DNA of 45,399 nucleotides from Bdellovibrionota bacterium (GCA_040754655.1 JBFMCE010000015.1:1-45399), one strand, 5' to 3'. Shown: positions 26,019 through 36,195, numbered from the stretch's first letter. Numbers and translations: made by a program. Notes: generated by a model not told the origin, from the letters alone.

Positions 26019-26283
26019 AAAGTTTACGGGCTCGTTCTCTGGCAGAGGCTTTTGATTTTTTGCCTGATCCATCGTTTTGGTTGTCTTCATGGCTCACCCT
26101 GATCTTGGGCGATTTGCGTCGCTGGGTTTTGGGTTGTTCTTCAGCTTCTACAGCAGAGCTTTCCGTCGTTTCTGGTGTCGAGGAAATCTCGGACTTTGGC
26201 TGTTCTTCATCGTTTGAAAGGGCGATCCCTAAGGATGCCAGGAGACAAAGCATTGAAAAAAGTAAAACTCGTTTGATTTCCAT
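25990..26283 (-). CDS. Small secreted low-complexity hypothetical protein
   Basis: MEIKRVLLFSMLCLLASLGIALS signal peptide, acidic then basic tail, overlaps cca start. Confidence 0.55.
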   Translation of the reverse strand: MEIKRVLLFSMLCLLASLGIALSNDEEQPKSEISSTPETTESSAVEAEEQPKTQRRKSPKIRVSHEDNQNDGSGKKSKASARERARKLYDGLEVDPD

Positions 26284-26308
26284 CTTTAGATAAGTAGCAT
26301 CGTTCGCC

Positions 26309-27544
26309 ATGTTCCTCAAGAGCGCCATACGACTGAAAAAAGGTTCAACCAAGTTTACTCGATCGGGAAGTCCGTGGGTTTACTCCAATGAGCTGGCATC
26401 GTTTGACAAGAATTTGTCCCCGGGCTCATGGGTTTCGCTCGAAAATCATGACGGTCAGACTCTGGGTTATGGCCACTTCAATCCCCATTCCTTAATCTCG
26501 TTTCGTGTTTTTGAACGCGCAGCGTTTCGAAGTGAGGAACAGGTGAGAGCGCTTTTTTTTAGGCGCCTCGATCAAGCTTTGCAATTAAGAATAAAGGCCT
26601 TTCAGGAAGCGATCACGGCAAGAGAAATGGGCGCACGTTCGTTTCGACTGGCTTTTGGAGAAAGCGACGGGGTTCCAGGGCTCGTGATTGATTTGTATGA
26701 ATCAAGCCCCAATGGAATGGCCGTGGTTCAATGCCACTCGGCCGGAGCTGATCAGTTTGTTTTTTGGACTCAAACATGGCTTGAAGAACGCTTAGGAATC
26801 AGCTGTGGCGTTTTGCGCAATGACCTTGAGGTCAGGAGAAAAGAGCAGGTGCGATTAGAAGTGAGTGACTGGGGCACTCTGCCTAACGAAGCCTACGCCC
26901 TTGAAGGCGGAGTACGCTTTTTAATTGACCCTAAGGCAGGGCAAAAGACCGGATATTTTTATGACCTTCGTGATAATCGTGCCGAACTTGCTCGCCGCGC
27001 AGCACGTTATGAAGAGGGGGCCGTGCTCGATTGTTTTTCGTATATGGGGGGTTGGGGCCTTCAGGTGCTGAAGAAAAACAGCAAGGCAAGGTTAGTAGCG
27101 CTCGATGTTTCAAAGACAGCGCTTGAGGCAGTTTTGCGCAATGCTGAGGCCAATGGGTTTAGCGGAAGAGTCGAGACGGTTGCTGCAGATTTTTTCAAAG
27201 ACAAGAAAGCCTTAGGTTCGCAAAAATTTGAGATTGTGGTCTGTGACCCTCCGGCCTTAACCTCATCAGCAAAACAGGCCGCCGAAGGACGGCGTGCCCA
27301 TGAATCGTGTTTTTACACGGCACTGGGCTATCTCGAGCGCGGCGGAATCGCAGCGCTTTCAAGCTGCAGCTTTCATTTGAGTTGGGATGAATTTCTGGGA
27401 TGTGTTCAACATGCGGGCATTGGCAGAAATGCCCAGCTCAAGATCTCTCATGTGGGTTCACAGTCAGCGGATCATCCCATTTTAGCGACGCTCGTCGAGA
27501 CAAGGTACATTAAGAGCGTGATTGTAGAAGAGCTGTGGCCTTGA
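26309..27544 (+). CDS. rlmI: RlmI-like SAM-dependent rRNA methyltransferase (PUA + MTase)
   Basis: PWVYSNE, GESDGVPGLVID, GQKTGYFYD.RDNR, VLDCFSYMGG, DPPA, SSCS, DHP. Confidence 0.88.
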   Translation: MFLKSAIRLKKGSTKFTRSGSPWVYSNELASFDKNLSPGSWVSLENHDGQTLGYGHFNPHSLISFRVFERAAFRSEEQVRALFFRRLDQALQLRIKAFQEAITAREMGARSFRLAFGESDGVPGLVIDLYESSPNGMAVVQCHSAGADQFVFWTQTWLEERLGISCGVLRNDLEVRRKEQVRLEVSDWGTLPNEAYALEGGVRFLIDPKAGQKTGYFYDLRDNRAELARRAARYEEGAVLDCFSYMGGWGLQVLKKNSKARLVALDVSKTALEAVLRNAEANGFSGRVETVAADFFKDKKALGSQKFEIVVCDPPALTSSAKQAAEGRRAHESCFYTALGYLERGGIAALSSCSFHLSWDEFLGCVQHAGIGRNAQLKISHVGSQSADHPILATLVETRYIKSVIVEELWP

Positions 27545-27546
27545 GG

Positions 27547-28560
27547 TTATTTGGGATCCAAACTAGATGACTTTATTCCACCTTTATAAGAGGTACCAGC
27601 TGGTTTGGGTTTGAATGCCAGAAAATGTTCAAGTACTTCTGAACACATTTTAGCGTCATTTGGGTTTGCTTTGATCTCATGCAACCTTTCAGAGCGGTAA
27701 GCTAGTGCCAGTTTTTTACAGCTGTTAGCGTTGAATGATTTTGTGATTCTGTCGCCGTTTCCATATGGCAAGAAATCCATTCTGATTTCGATGAGCCGGC
27801 ATTCATTTTCAAATACGCTAAACCGAAAAGTTTTTTCCAAGCGGCCACGTCTAAGGGTTTTATTTTTGCGTCGTAGGCTTTCTTCCCAATGTCCGTAAAT
27901 GGTCAAACCCCACTGTTTAGGTTTGGTGGAGTCGTTAGATTGGGCAATGCGTTGCCCAGTATTCGAAAGAGGTTCTGGCCAGCCCCATTCGCCAGCAATC
28001 AAAGTAGAATGATGTTCGGGAAATTTTTCGTAGTCTTCTCTAAGTTTGGGACTTTTTGAGTGGGTCGGATCGATGAAACTGAACTTAAACCACGGAAAAT
28101 TGGAGTCGCCCTTTTCATACTGCGATTTAATGACTGCGGGCGATGGTTTCTGAAGGTTTCCTAGGTCAAGTCGCTCGAGATAGCCGTTTGAGAATTGTTC
28201 ACAGGTGACGGGCTTGTACTCTATAACAGGTTCCGCAATTTGAGGTATTTCTTGCTCAGCCTTAATCGTTTCTTTGGGTGGTTTAGCGGTAACAGTGGGC
28301 GTGGTAGTCAATGGCATTGCTTCTGGACCAGCCACGCCGGTGATAAATGCGCACTTGGGTTTGCCGCCGCTCGCGATAAGTGCAAGGTCTTCCTCTTTTA
28401 AACGCGCTCGAAGTTCTGCTTTTGTCTCCCAAGTGTAAGTGTACGCGCAATCAACTTGATAGAACGAAGTTTCTCCTGCCGAATGTGATTCGTTTTGACC
28501 ACCGGTGGTGCCGGCAAATGAGAGGTTTAAGAAAAATATAAGACTGAATAATGTCCCCAT
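27547..28560 (-). CDS. Hypothetical secreted protein, AT-rich
   Basis: 337-aa ORF, AGGAGAG RBS, short signal peptide ending SFA, six Cys. Confidence 0.75.
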   Translation of the reverse strand: MGTLFSLIFFLNLSFAGTTGGQNESHSAGETSFYQVDCAYTYTWETKAELRARLKEEDLALIASGGKPKCAFITGVAGPEAMPLTTTPTVTAKPPKETIKAEQEIPQIAEPVIEYKPVTCEQFSNGYLERLDLGNLQKPSPAVIKSQYEKGDSNFPWFKFSFIDPTHSKSPKLREDYEKFPEHHSTLIAGEWGWPEPLSNTGQRIAQSNDSTKPKQWGLTIYGHWEESLRRKNKTLRRGRLEKTFRFSVFENECRLIEIRMDFLPYGNGDRITKSFNANSCKKLALAYRSERLHEIKANPNDAKMCSEVLEHFLAFKPKPAGTSYKGGIKSSSLDPK

Positions 28561-28796
28561 TATTCTCTCCTGTTAAGGATAGGGTAGCATAACCACTTCT
28601 ATTATCTCGCTCATTTTAGTCGGAAAACTCGGCGCACGCCGAGTGTAATAGAGCTCGGATTCGGTACCGGATTCATGTGGGTTTTGAACTCCATCAAGGC
28701 AAGTTTTACCTAGTCGTAAGAGTCGCGACGAAACCAAGACGATACTCATCGTATCAGAACATATTCACTCTTCATTAATACGCTTGGAATGTCGAA

Positions 28797-29915
28797 ATGT
28801 TAGGAGTGATCTCAGCTCGAAGTTTGGCGATAATAGTATTTTTCTTTGCACTTGATCTGTCTGCAAGACAGCACGGAAAGAACCGTTTCTGTTTGGCGCT
28901 TTCGGACCTTCTGCAAAGATTTGATCCAGTTCTTATCGATGGCAAACCACTGCTCAGTGAAGCAAGAGAATCGACTTGGTGGGGCAAGAAAAAATCTTAT
29001 CGTGTGATTGGAAGCGTCGCGGGTGACCATGGTGGGAAGCTTCGTGTACTTGAACGTGGTCCGGATGCCGAGTTTTGGATGCAGGAGAGTAAGGGGCTAG
29101 ACGACGAGTTCAGAGGAGATCCACGGTGGGTGATCCACGTGCTTGGAGAGGACGCGGCAGCGCGCTTGGGAATCAGGCAAATATCTAATCGTCATATATT
29201 AATTCCTGACGCCACAGAAGTACAAGGAGCTGTTGATGCATTCAACCGCACTGCGGCACCCGAGGACCAGATTGCTGTTTCGTTCTACGAACCCAAAAGG
29301 AAAAATCACGTTCCAAGCTATGAGTATGCAAGAGAGTTCGTCGTTAACGGCAGGCTGCCGATCGCCAAATCAGGACGCGAAAGCGTTCATGACATTAATT
29401 ACCATATGTTGGGAGTGCTTTTACCTCCGGAGGCTCTGAATCAGCTAAGAAAGCAGATGTCCGTTATCTTTGATTTTCGTGTTTACCTCGCTCAACGCAA
29501 GCTCTTGGCCAAGAAGATGAATCGGCACTGGAAGATCGGTGATTGGATAGATCAGCATATCGACGGTATTGCTGTTGAAGTAGATAATATTACCAATGGT
29601 CCTGTTATGGCGTTGAATCCTAACGTCCCTGCCAGTCTTTCGGGTGTCAACCGCTATAGAGACGTGTTTGATTTTTGGATACTAGGCCATTTTGATCTTG
29701 AAAAGTCACCGGAGCAATACTTAGTCAACTCAATCCCTATTTCACATCGAGATTGCTCGCCAGAATTGAAGAAGGTCTGGTCTGAATTCCTTCAAGAGAA
29801 AGAGGCGACTGACCTCGACTTTAAGAAGCCACTGGACTGGTCTAAGGAAAGAGTACGTGAGGAGACTATCCGGCGTTTGAATGTCATAAAGAGAGGTTCC
29901 GCTTTGTCTCGGTGA
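28797..29915 (+). CDS. Hypothetical protein, probably secreted
   Basis: 372-aa ORF with hydrophobic N-terminus; contains ESVHDINYH. Confidence 0.75.
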   Translation: MLGVISARSLAIIVFFFALDLSARQHGKNRFCLALSDLLQRFDPVLIDGKPLLSEARESTWWGKKKSYRVIGSVAGDHGGKLRVLERGPDAEFWMQESKGLDDEFRGDPRWVIHVLGEDAAARLGIRQISNRHILIPDATEVQGAVDAFNRTAAPEDQIAVSFYEPKRKNHVPSYEYAREFVVNGRLPIAKSGRESVHDINYHMLGVLLPPEALNQLRKQMSVIFDFRVYLAQRKLLAKKMNRHWKIGDWIDQHIDGIAVEVDNITNGPVMALNPNVPASLSGVNRYRDVFDFWILGHFDLEKSPEQYLVNSIPISHRDCSPELKKVWSEFLQEKEATDLDFKKPLDWSKERVREETIRRLNVIKRGSALSR

Positions 29916-30046
29916 ATTCATGGAAGACACCGAGTGTCTTACTCACGACTTCTGTGTTGTTTATGTGACGTTTATTCACCGCAAAAGCAACACAACCCGA
30001 AACTACCGTTATCTTTTTTGCTGTAGGATTCACGGCGAGTAAAACC

Positions 30047-30063
30047 TGTCAATTTTTTTGACA
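30047..30063. promoter_or_regulatory. Palindrome TGTC-N9-GACA, putative enhancer site
   Basis: tgtcaatttttttgaca about 92 bp upstream of a sigma54-like element. Confidence 0.5.
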
Positions 30064-30154
30064 CCTGTCGCTTGCTGTTTCTTCGCATCCCATGGTCCAT
30101 ACAGTAACTAGCCGAAGTTATTGAAGACACTTACGCAGGATCACAGCGCTGCTT

Positions 30155-30170
30155 AGGCCTTCTTTTTGCA
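30155..30170 (+). promoter_or_regulatory. Putative sigma54 -24/-12 promoter
   Basis: AGGCCT-TCTTT-TTGCA (GG-N10-GC), 35 bp before ATG 30206. Confidence 0.55.
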
Positions 30171-30205
30171 TTTTATTCAAGTCAGAGAGAGGTCATCTCG
30201 GAGTT

Positions 30206-31684
30206 ATGAATCCTTGGTTACTTGCATTACCTTTTTTCTCGATTAGCCTCATCAGCGCGCCGAACCTTGCTCTCGCCGATTACGTGATTCTTGATCCGCC
30301 AGAAAAAGCACGCAAGCTTGTAGAAGGGCCGTGCATCGAGGTTTTCGAGAACGATAGCAAAGAAGTAGCAGGTGCCACCGTCGCATCGTCAATATCTGAT
30401 CACTCGCCAACGAAACCGGCAAGTGCCGCAAAAAACCAGCGCCTCAAAAAAGTGTGTTTTTCAGGTTTAGGTAAAAGTTTTGCTAAAGCCAAGGCTGAGC
30501 TTCAACGTGAAATCGATTCGCTTGAGAGAACTGGCAAATCAGGTTCTGAAGAAGATTCTGGCCTCGTAAATCGTTTTCTCGATGCTGCCGTTGAGCGAGC
30601 GATCTCTTTTCTTTATTCAAAACAAATCAGGATTGAAGCTTTGAAAAATGAACTTGAGCAAATCAACTGCGCAGAGGGTTTTGCGAATGCGATCTTGGGC
30701 GCGCAAGAATCTAGCGCAAAGCCCGCTTATGTCTCGCGCCTTGATTCGATCGATTTTTCAAGTTTTGTACAGAGCATGGATTCTAAAGTCATCAGTCGTG
30801 CGCTCACTCAAACCAGGGCTTACCGCAACATCAAACAAGACCGAGATAAGGTCGCTCTGGTTCCTTTTAGGAAGTACGACTTCTGTGCTGATAGACAGCA
30901 AATTCATGCTGAGATCGAGGGTTTGGCAAAACGAGAACAAAGTCTTTCAAAAAAGAAAGAGATTTTAGATCGTGTTCTAAGAGATCCTAATCAGATGCTT
31001 GAGTACACGATGACAAGCACCTGTCCTAGTGTGTTCGCGACGATTGATCGCATAGAGCAAAGACGAGAGGACGTAGCGTTTGCCGCCGCTCCTCAGTTTG
31101 TGGAAGAGCCCGCCGAAGAAGAACCAGAAGATGAACCTCGCGATGAAGAGCAGAAGAAGGTGGACGAGCTGGTCAGTGAGTGGATGGATCAGGACGCTCA
31201 GGAACAATACCAGCATTACAAAGATTTGGGACTTACGTTTTCATTGGGAGAGGGAGTGCTGCTCAATGGTTCCCCCGTTTCTAGAAAAGACTTTGTTCCT
31301 ACGCCGGCGGAAATAGGAGTGATTCAGAGAAGATCTGATCTGACAGATGTAGAGAAAGAAGCAGAAATGGATAAGCTAAAGGATTCAAAGTTTATGGAGA
31401 TGCTTATAGCCACAGGCGTTTCTGAACCGGACATTAATTCCGCCGAGAACTTCATGAAGTTCCACTTGAATTTCGCGGCCTTGAGGCGCCAGGAGGTTGA
31501 GCAGAGTATCGAAGTGGGTATAAAATGGGGCATAACCAATCGTGGTCGTATTTTTGCTTATGGCGATAGTAGTGTTCATAGTTATGCATCCATGGAAACA
31601 GATGGTCGCATACAAATCAGTGACGACAATCTCGATATTCTTCTTGAGCAAGGCCTGACGGTCCTACCCGAAGACGAGATGTAG
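30206..31684 (+). CDS. Hypothetical secreted helical/coiled-coil protein
   Basis: 492-aa ORF, signal peptide ending ALA, acidic linker EEPAEEEPEDEPRDEE. Confidence 0.78.
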   Translation: MNPWLLALPFFSISLISAPNLALADYVILDPPEKARKLVEGPCIEVFENDSKEVAGATVASSISDHSPTKPASAAKNQRLKKVCFSGLGKSFAKAKAELQREIDSLERTGKSGSEEDSGLVNRFLDAAVERAISFLYSKQIRIEALKNELEQINCAEGFANAILGAQESSAKPAYVSRLDSIDFSSFVQSMDSKVISRALTQTRAYRNIKQDRDKVALVPFRKYDFCADRQQIHAEIEGLAKREQSLSKKKEILDRVLRDPNQMLEYTMTSTCPSVFATIDRIEQRREDVAFAAAPQFVEEPAEEEPEDEPRDEEQKKVDELVSEWMDQDAQEQYQHYKDLGLTFSLGEGVLLNGSPVSRKDFVPTPAEIGVIQRRSDLTDVEKEAEMDKLKDSKFMEMLIATGVSEPDINSAENFMKFHLNFAALRRQEVEQSIEVGIKWGITNRGRIFAYGDSSVHSYASMETDGRIQISDDNLDILLEQGLTVLPEDEM

Positions 31685-31690
31685 CTCGCT

Positions 31691-32794
31691 TCAAAACCCT
31701 CGGTCTGGCAATCGTCCCAGCGCTTTTTCCCAGACGGGTTTACTCTCCATGCAAAGATAAGTGTAAACGCGTGGTGCCTCGCGTTTGATCACATTATTCA
31801 AAAATTGAAACATCTCAGTTCGAGTTGAGCGCAGGTAGCGCATCTTTCCGTCGTCACCAGCCACACTCTCATCATAGAAAAGCGTGGTCTCAGGCCTGCG
31901 TCGCAATGCAATCGGTTTCAGTTGCGGCTGATAACGAAGTCCGCCGATACTGATCCACTGAATCTGCTTGTGCGGAACTGCGGCGAGCAGCTCTTTTGCC
32001 GCGTGTTCATACATCGCTTGCCACCCCTCAGTGTAGATCATGGGGTCAAAATGAAAAGCAACGCCAAAGCCTTCTTTCGCCATCAACGAAGCCGCACGAA
32101 CGCGCTCTTCGAATCTCGCGGTGCCATGCTCTTCACGATCGATGATTTCAGGCGGATTCATACTCCACCCTACGACCACATGATCGCGGCGCTTGATCTC
32201 AAGCAAGTGTTCAACATTTTTCGATTTCGTCTTAAGCTCAAGCCTCACATTCTCAAACTCGGCCATCACTTCCGCCAAGCGTGACGAGAACTCAGTGATC
32301 GGATCAAGTGCCAGGCTATCTGAAAGCTCACCCGTGCCGATGCGCAGCTGCTGCACTGGGGGGCGTTTGCAGAGCGCACGCACTTGATCAAAGATGTCTT
32401 CTTCATTCACGAAAAACGTCGTTAAAGGTTGGTTGAGGTAGGTTTGCAGGTAACAATAGGTGCAATCAAACGGGCAGTTCGAGACCATGTTCACGATGTG
32501 GTAGTGGCAGCACAACATATTGTTGGTGCCTGGGCATTGTTTCATCGAGGTGCCTGCTTGAGTAGTGAGGTGCAAGATGTTTTTACCCAGCGCCACCGGA
32601 TGATTGTGAGGGGCAACCCTGCCCGCTGCCTCAAACGAAAGTTTCTGGTTCAGGGTCACAGCATCAACCACTTCAGGGTGCTCAAAACCTTCGGGCAATA
32701 AATTAAAACGCCCGAGATTCTTCAAAATACGCCAGGTCACAGGGTAATCTAAGATCTCAGGCCCTGAAATCGTGACCCTGTCAAAGCGCCTCAT
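31691..32794 (-). CDS. Spore photoproduct lyase-like radical SAM protein
   Basis: CPFDCTYCYLQ, CPGT...CC.Y, RIGTGELSDSLALD, ELKTKS, WSMNP, FHFDP, YLCME. Confidence 0.9.
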   Translation of the reverse strand: MRRFDRVTISGPEILDYPVTWRILKNLGRFNLLPEGFEHPEVVDAVTLNQKLSFEAAGRVAPHNHPVALGKNILHLTTQAGTSMKQCPGTNNMLCCHYHIVNMVSNCPFDCTYCYLQTYLNQPLTTFFVNEEDIFDQVRALCKRPPVQQLRIGTGELSDSLALDPITEFSSRLAEVMAEFENVRLELKTKSKNVEHLLEIKRRDHVVVGWSMNPPEIIDREEHGTARFEERVRAASLMAKEGFGVAFHFDPMIYTEGWQAMYEHAAKELLAAVPHKQIQWISIGGLRYQPQLKPIALRRRPETTLFYDESVAGDDGKMRYLRSTRTEMFQFLNNVIKREAPRVYTYLCMESKPVWEKALGRLPDRGF

Positions 32795-33711
32795 TGGTAG
32801 ATCTCCAAGAGCTCACGCAGTTTTTCTGCTACGGCAGCATCGTTGATCCAACTCTTGAACTCTTCGACATCACCGACATTGCGAGGAGTGTGGGTGATCT
32901 TTAAAAGATCTTTTTCAAACGAGGGATCGCCAAAAACCGAGGTGCGGGTCGGAACCTTAAGGCCCCGCAAAAGGTCAATGCGTTTGCGTGAGAGTGTTGC
33001 GAGTTCTGGTTGCGCGGTTTGAAACACCGCCACCCTGAACTCTTCCGCTGATTTGTGAGGGTGGCTTAAAAGCGTGTGTGATGCTTTTTCACCGAACTTC
33101 TTATTGAGCATCAAGATGTAGTTGCAGATCTCTTTGGCGTGGCCAGCGCCGATATTCCATTTTCGAAAAACTGAAACCAGTGCTGAACGCAGCGGTTGCG
33201 CCAAAGGTTCGAAGAGTTCAAGGGTCGCAAGTTCCCACTTCTTTTCAAACAACAATGCGCGCTCTTCCGCATTCAAAAACAAATAGCGCGCACGTTGAGA
33301 AAGAACGCCCAAGTGAGGCTCAAGCCCGCAAGCCTTTAAGGCCTCTGGCCAATAAACAGGAAGCCCAGATTGTGCAGGGTCAAAACCAAACCTGGTTTTG
33401 AGCACGCTTAGGGCTGCGGTCCACTCAACGTCTTGCGCGGGTGCCACACCGAAAGAAGTCTTGAGATAAAGACCGAAGGCTTCAAGCTCACCGCCCTTCG
33501 CCTCTAAAACCAGTGTGCGAACTTTGGCGTTTCCGCTGAGCGAAGTCGCTTCTCCGCCGCGTGGGTGCCATGCCCAGAGTTTGCCTTCAAGCAGAACGGC
33601 CCAAACGAAAGAATCAGGGGCCTCGCTCAAATATTCTTGCGCGGGTCTCAACCACTGCCATTCTTGTTTTGGGAAGTAGAGTTGCGAGAGATCGTGGATT
33701 TGAAGCTGCAA
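32791..33711 (-). CDS. Hypothetical protein translationally coupled to the SplB-like gene
   Basis: ATGA overlap with the radical SAM gene; start moved to TTG 33711 just after the secG stop; DPSFEK near C-terminus. Confidence 0.7.
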   Translation of the reverse strand: MQLQIHDLSQLYFPKQEWQWLRPAQEYLSEAPDSFVWAVLLEGKLWAWHPRGGEATSLSGNAKVRTLVLEAKGGELEAFGLYLKTSFGVAPAQDVEWTAALSVLKTRFGFDPAQSGLPVYWPEALKACGLEPHLGVLSQRARYLFLNAEERALLFEKKWELATLELFEPLAQPLRSALVSVFRKWNIGAGHAKEICNYILMLNKKFGEKASHTLLSHPHKSAEEFRVAVFQTAQPELATLSRKRIDLLRGLKVPTRTSVFGDPSFEKDLLKITHTPRNVGDVEEFKSWINDAAVAEKLRELLEIYQ

Positions 33712-33718
33712 GGCCTGG

Positions 33719-34099
33719 TTACCGTTTTTTCGGAGCTGCAGCAGGTGATGCTGGGGCCATCGCTGGAGAGGCTGCTGGACTGCTCGCCGTTGCCGGAGCT
33801 GCGGCAGGCGAAGCAGGCGCTGATGTCGTAGTTTCGGCGTTCGCTGGAACATTGCCGAAGACCGAAGCTTTGCGCCCACCCTTGGTGACTGTGAGCAGGA
33901 TGGAAGTGATCATGAAGACAGCCGCCGCACCCGATGTGAACTTGGTGAAAAAGTTTGCGCCGCCTGAACTCCCAAATACCGTTTGGCTACCGCCACCTGC
34001 CATCATTCCGATGCCGCCGTCTTTACCAGACTGCAAAAGCACGACGAGCACGAGAAGGAGACAAGTAATCAAATGAACGATCAGGATAAATGTAGCCAT
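33719..34099 (-). CDS. secG: Preprotein translocase subunit SecG
   Basis: VLLQSGK, GGGSQTVFGSSG, two TMs; follows tpiA. Confidence 0.93.
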   Translation of the reverse strand: MATFILIVHLITCLLLVLVVLLQSGKDGGIGMMAGGGSQTVFGSSGGANFFTKFTSGAAAVFMITSILLTVTKGGRKASVFGNVPANAETTTSAPASPAAAPATASSPAASPAMAPASPAAAPKKR

Positions 34100-34198
34100 A
34101 TGAACTAGTTCCTATACCTCAAGGTTTGGGAGGCGTCTAACAAAATGAAAAAGGAGCAGTGGGCGCCGTGACCGGCCGGTGAGAGGCTCTTGAGAACT

Positions 34199-35008
34199 CT
34201 AGCGAGGTGCCGCCATAAGAATTCGGGCAAATCCCTCAGGTTTAAGGCTTGCACCTCCAACCAAGACGCCATCGACGTTGGGTTGGCTCATCAGAACCTC
34301 GACATTTTCCGGTGTGACACTGCCTCCATATGCAATCGGCGTTTGTTGGGCTGCCTCCATTCCAAGGTGGTCCCAAACGACCTTACGAATGTGACGGTGG
34401 GCAGCTTCGGCTTGTTCTGAGGTCGCAGTTTTTCCTGTGCCGATGGCCCAAACAGGTTCATAGGCAATGGACCAGATAGGGCTACCCGTTGTTTTGGGCT
34501 GTGCCCCGGCTGCGAATTGAGTTTTCAAGACTTCGATAAAGGGCAGCGTCTGACGGGTGAGAACTGCTTCCGTCTTGCCACTCTCACGTTCGGAAAGCAC
34601 CTCACCAATGCAATACATCACATTGAGGCCAAGAGAGACTGCCTTTGCGAAGCGCTTTTTCGCAGTCTCATCGGTTTCGCCAAAAAACTGGCGTCGCTCA
34701 GAGTGGGCGATCAAGACCCACGAGATTCCCAGAGACTTCAATGCCGTCCCTGAAAGCTCGCCGGTAAAGGCGCCTTTGTCTTCCCAATGCACGTTTTGCG
34801 CGCCAAGCCTGATTTGGGCTGAAGCCGCCGCTTGTTGAACTTCAGCTCCAAGGGCATATGCGGGCGGAAAAATCACCCCATGAGAATCAGATGATGGATG
34901 AAAAGAGCTTCCGAGTTCTTTCTTAAGCGCGCGAAAATATTCTTGGGCCTCGATCGGACCCAGATTCATCTTCCAATTTCCTGCCAATACTTTTGGTCTA
35001 TTTTGCAT
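34199..35008 (-). CDS. tpiA: Triosephosphate isomerase
   Basis: [41 protein letters not shown]. Confidence 0.97.
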   Translation of the reverse strand: MQNRPKVLAGNWKMNLGPIEAQEYFRALKKELGSSFHPSSDSHGVIFPPAYALGAEVQQAAASAQIRLGAQNVHWEDKGAFTGELSGTALKSLGISWVLIAHSERRQFFGETDETAKKRFAKAVSLGLNVMYCIGEVLSERESGKTEAVLTRQTLPFIEVLKTQFAAGAQPKTTGSPIWSIAYEPVWAIGTGKTATSEQAEAAHRHIRKVVWDHLGMEAAQQTPIAYGGSVTPENVEVLMSQPNVDGVLVGGASLKPEGFARILMAAPR

Positions 35009-36158
35009 AGGTCTTGAGGATATTGATTCCTGGAAGTCCCTCACCCTCTAAAAACTCAAGGCTTGCTCCGCCCCCGGTCGAAATATGATCCATCTTGTTG
35101 GCTACGCCAGAGAGATTCACGGCGGCCACCGTGTCTCCGCCGCCAACCACTTTGAGGGCGCCGCTTTCGGCGATGGCTCTCGCCACTTGAACGGTGCCTT
35201 TGGCGTATTCGGGCTTTTCAAACATTCCGACCGGGCCATTCCAAAAAATGGTTTTCGCCCGCCTGATTTCTTCTACGAAAGATTCGATGGTCTTGGGTCC
35301 GATGTCGAAGCTATCGACATCGTCCACAGGCAGCAAGAGTTTTACCTCATGCTTTTTGGCTTTCTCGATCAATTGCTTGGCGTGCTCGATCTCTTCTGCC
35401 TTGGGTTGTTTGGCTGATTGCGGAAGCTCAAAGTGTTTTCCCAAGAGCTTGGCCTCCGCGACCCGAAAAGTGTTGCCCATCGCGCCGCCGATCAAAACCG
35501 TGTCGACTTGAAGGTAAAGGTTTTCAATAGTTTTTATTTTATCGGCCACCTTTGAGCCGCCAAGAATGGCGACATACGGGTGCTCTGGGTTTTCCAAAAG
35601 CCTCCCTAAGAAGCGAAGTTCCTTCAAAATGAGATTGCCGCAGCCACGAAGAGGCATCAGCTGAGGCACTCCATAGGTTGAAGCATGCTTGCGGTGGGCC
35701 GTTCCAAATGCGTCCGTGATGAAGACCTCTCCAAGCGAGGCCAGCTGCCGGGCGAATTCGGGATCGTTTTTTTCTTCCTCGGGATGGAAGCGAAGATTTT
35801 CAAGCAAGATCACCTGAGATACCTTGAGGTGCCTGGTGATCATTTGGATCCCGTCGCCCACGCAATCATCCGTCAAAAGCACGTCGGTCTTGAGCAGCTG
35901 GCTCAAGTGTTCAGCCACGGGAGCCAGAGAAAACTTCTCATCCACGCCTTCAGGGCGCCCTAAGTGCGAAGCCAAAATGATCTTGGCTCCTTTATCAATG
36001 GCGTGCTGAATCGTGGGAAGCGCTTCTCGGATGCGCGTGTCGTCGGCTACCTTTCCGTCTTTCAGCGGAACATTGAAATCAAGGCGCATAAACACGCGTT
36101 TGCCTGTGATCGGAAGTTCTTCGATGCTGCGAATGCCTGCAGCGGCATGGTTTGACAT
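34998..36158 (-). CDS. pgk: Phosphoglycerate kinase
   Basis: [50 protein letters not shown]. Confidence 0.97.
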   Translation of the reverse strand: MSNHAAAGIRSIEELPITGKRVFMRLDFNVPLKDGKVADDTRIREALPTIQHAIDKGAKIILASHLGRPEGVDEKFSLAPVAEHLSQLLKTDVLLTDDCVGDGIQMITRHLKVSQVILLENLRFHPEEEKNDPEFARQLASLGEVFITDAFGTAHRKHASTYGVPQLMPLRGCGNLILKELRFLGRLLENPEHPYVAILGGSKVADKIKTIENLYLQVDTVLIGGAMGNTFRVAEAKLLGKHFELPQSAKQPKAEEIEHAKQLIEKAKKHEVKLLLPVDDVDSFDIGPKTIESFVEEIRRAKTIFWNGPVGMFEKPEYAKGTVQVARAIAESGALKVVGGGDTVAAVNLSGVANKMDHISTGGGASLEFLEGEGLPGINILKTYAK

Positions 36159-36195
36159 TTTAATTCAGTCCTCGCTTCAATATCTTAAATAAGCG

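Noticed and set aside
27547..31684. Integron cassette array of orphan genes
   Set aside because: Mixed orientations, long promoter-bearing spacers, no RYYYAAC/GTTRRRY attC boxes, no integrase.
33712..33879. Arg/Gln-rich N-terminal extension of ORF 32791-33879, and similar extensions of tatD (to 40533) and the kinase-like ORF (to 21373)
   Set aside because: These are alternative-frame read-throughs of secG, the DsbA fusion and the GGDEF promoter region; downstream starts fit better.
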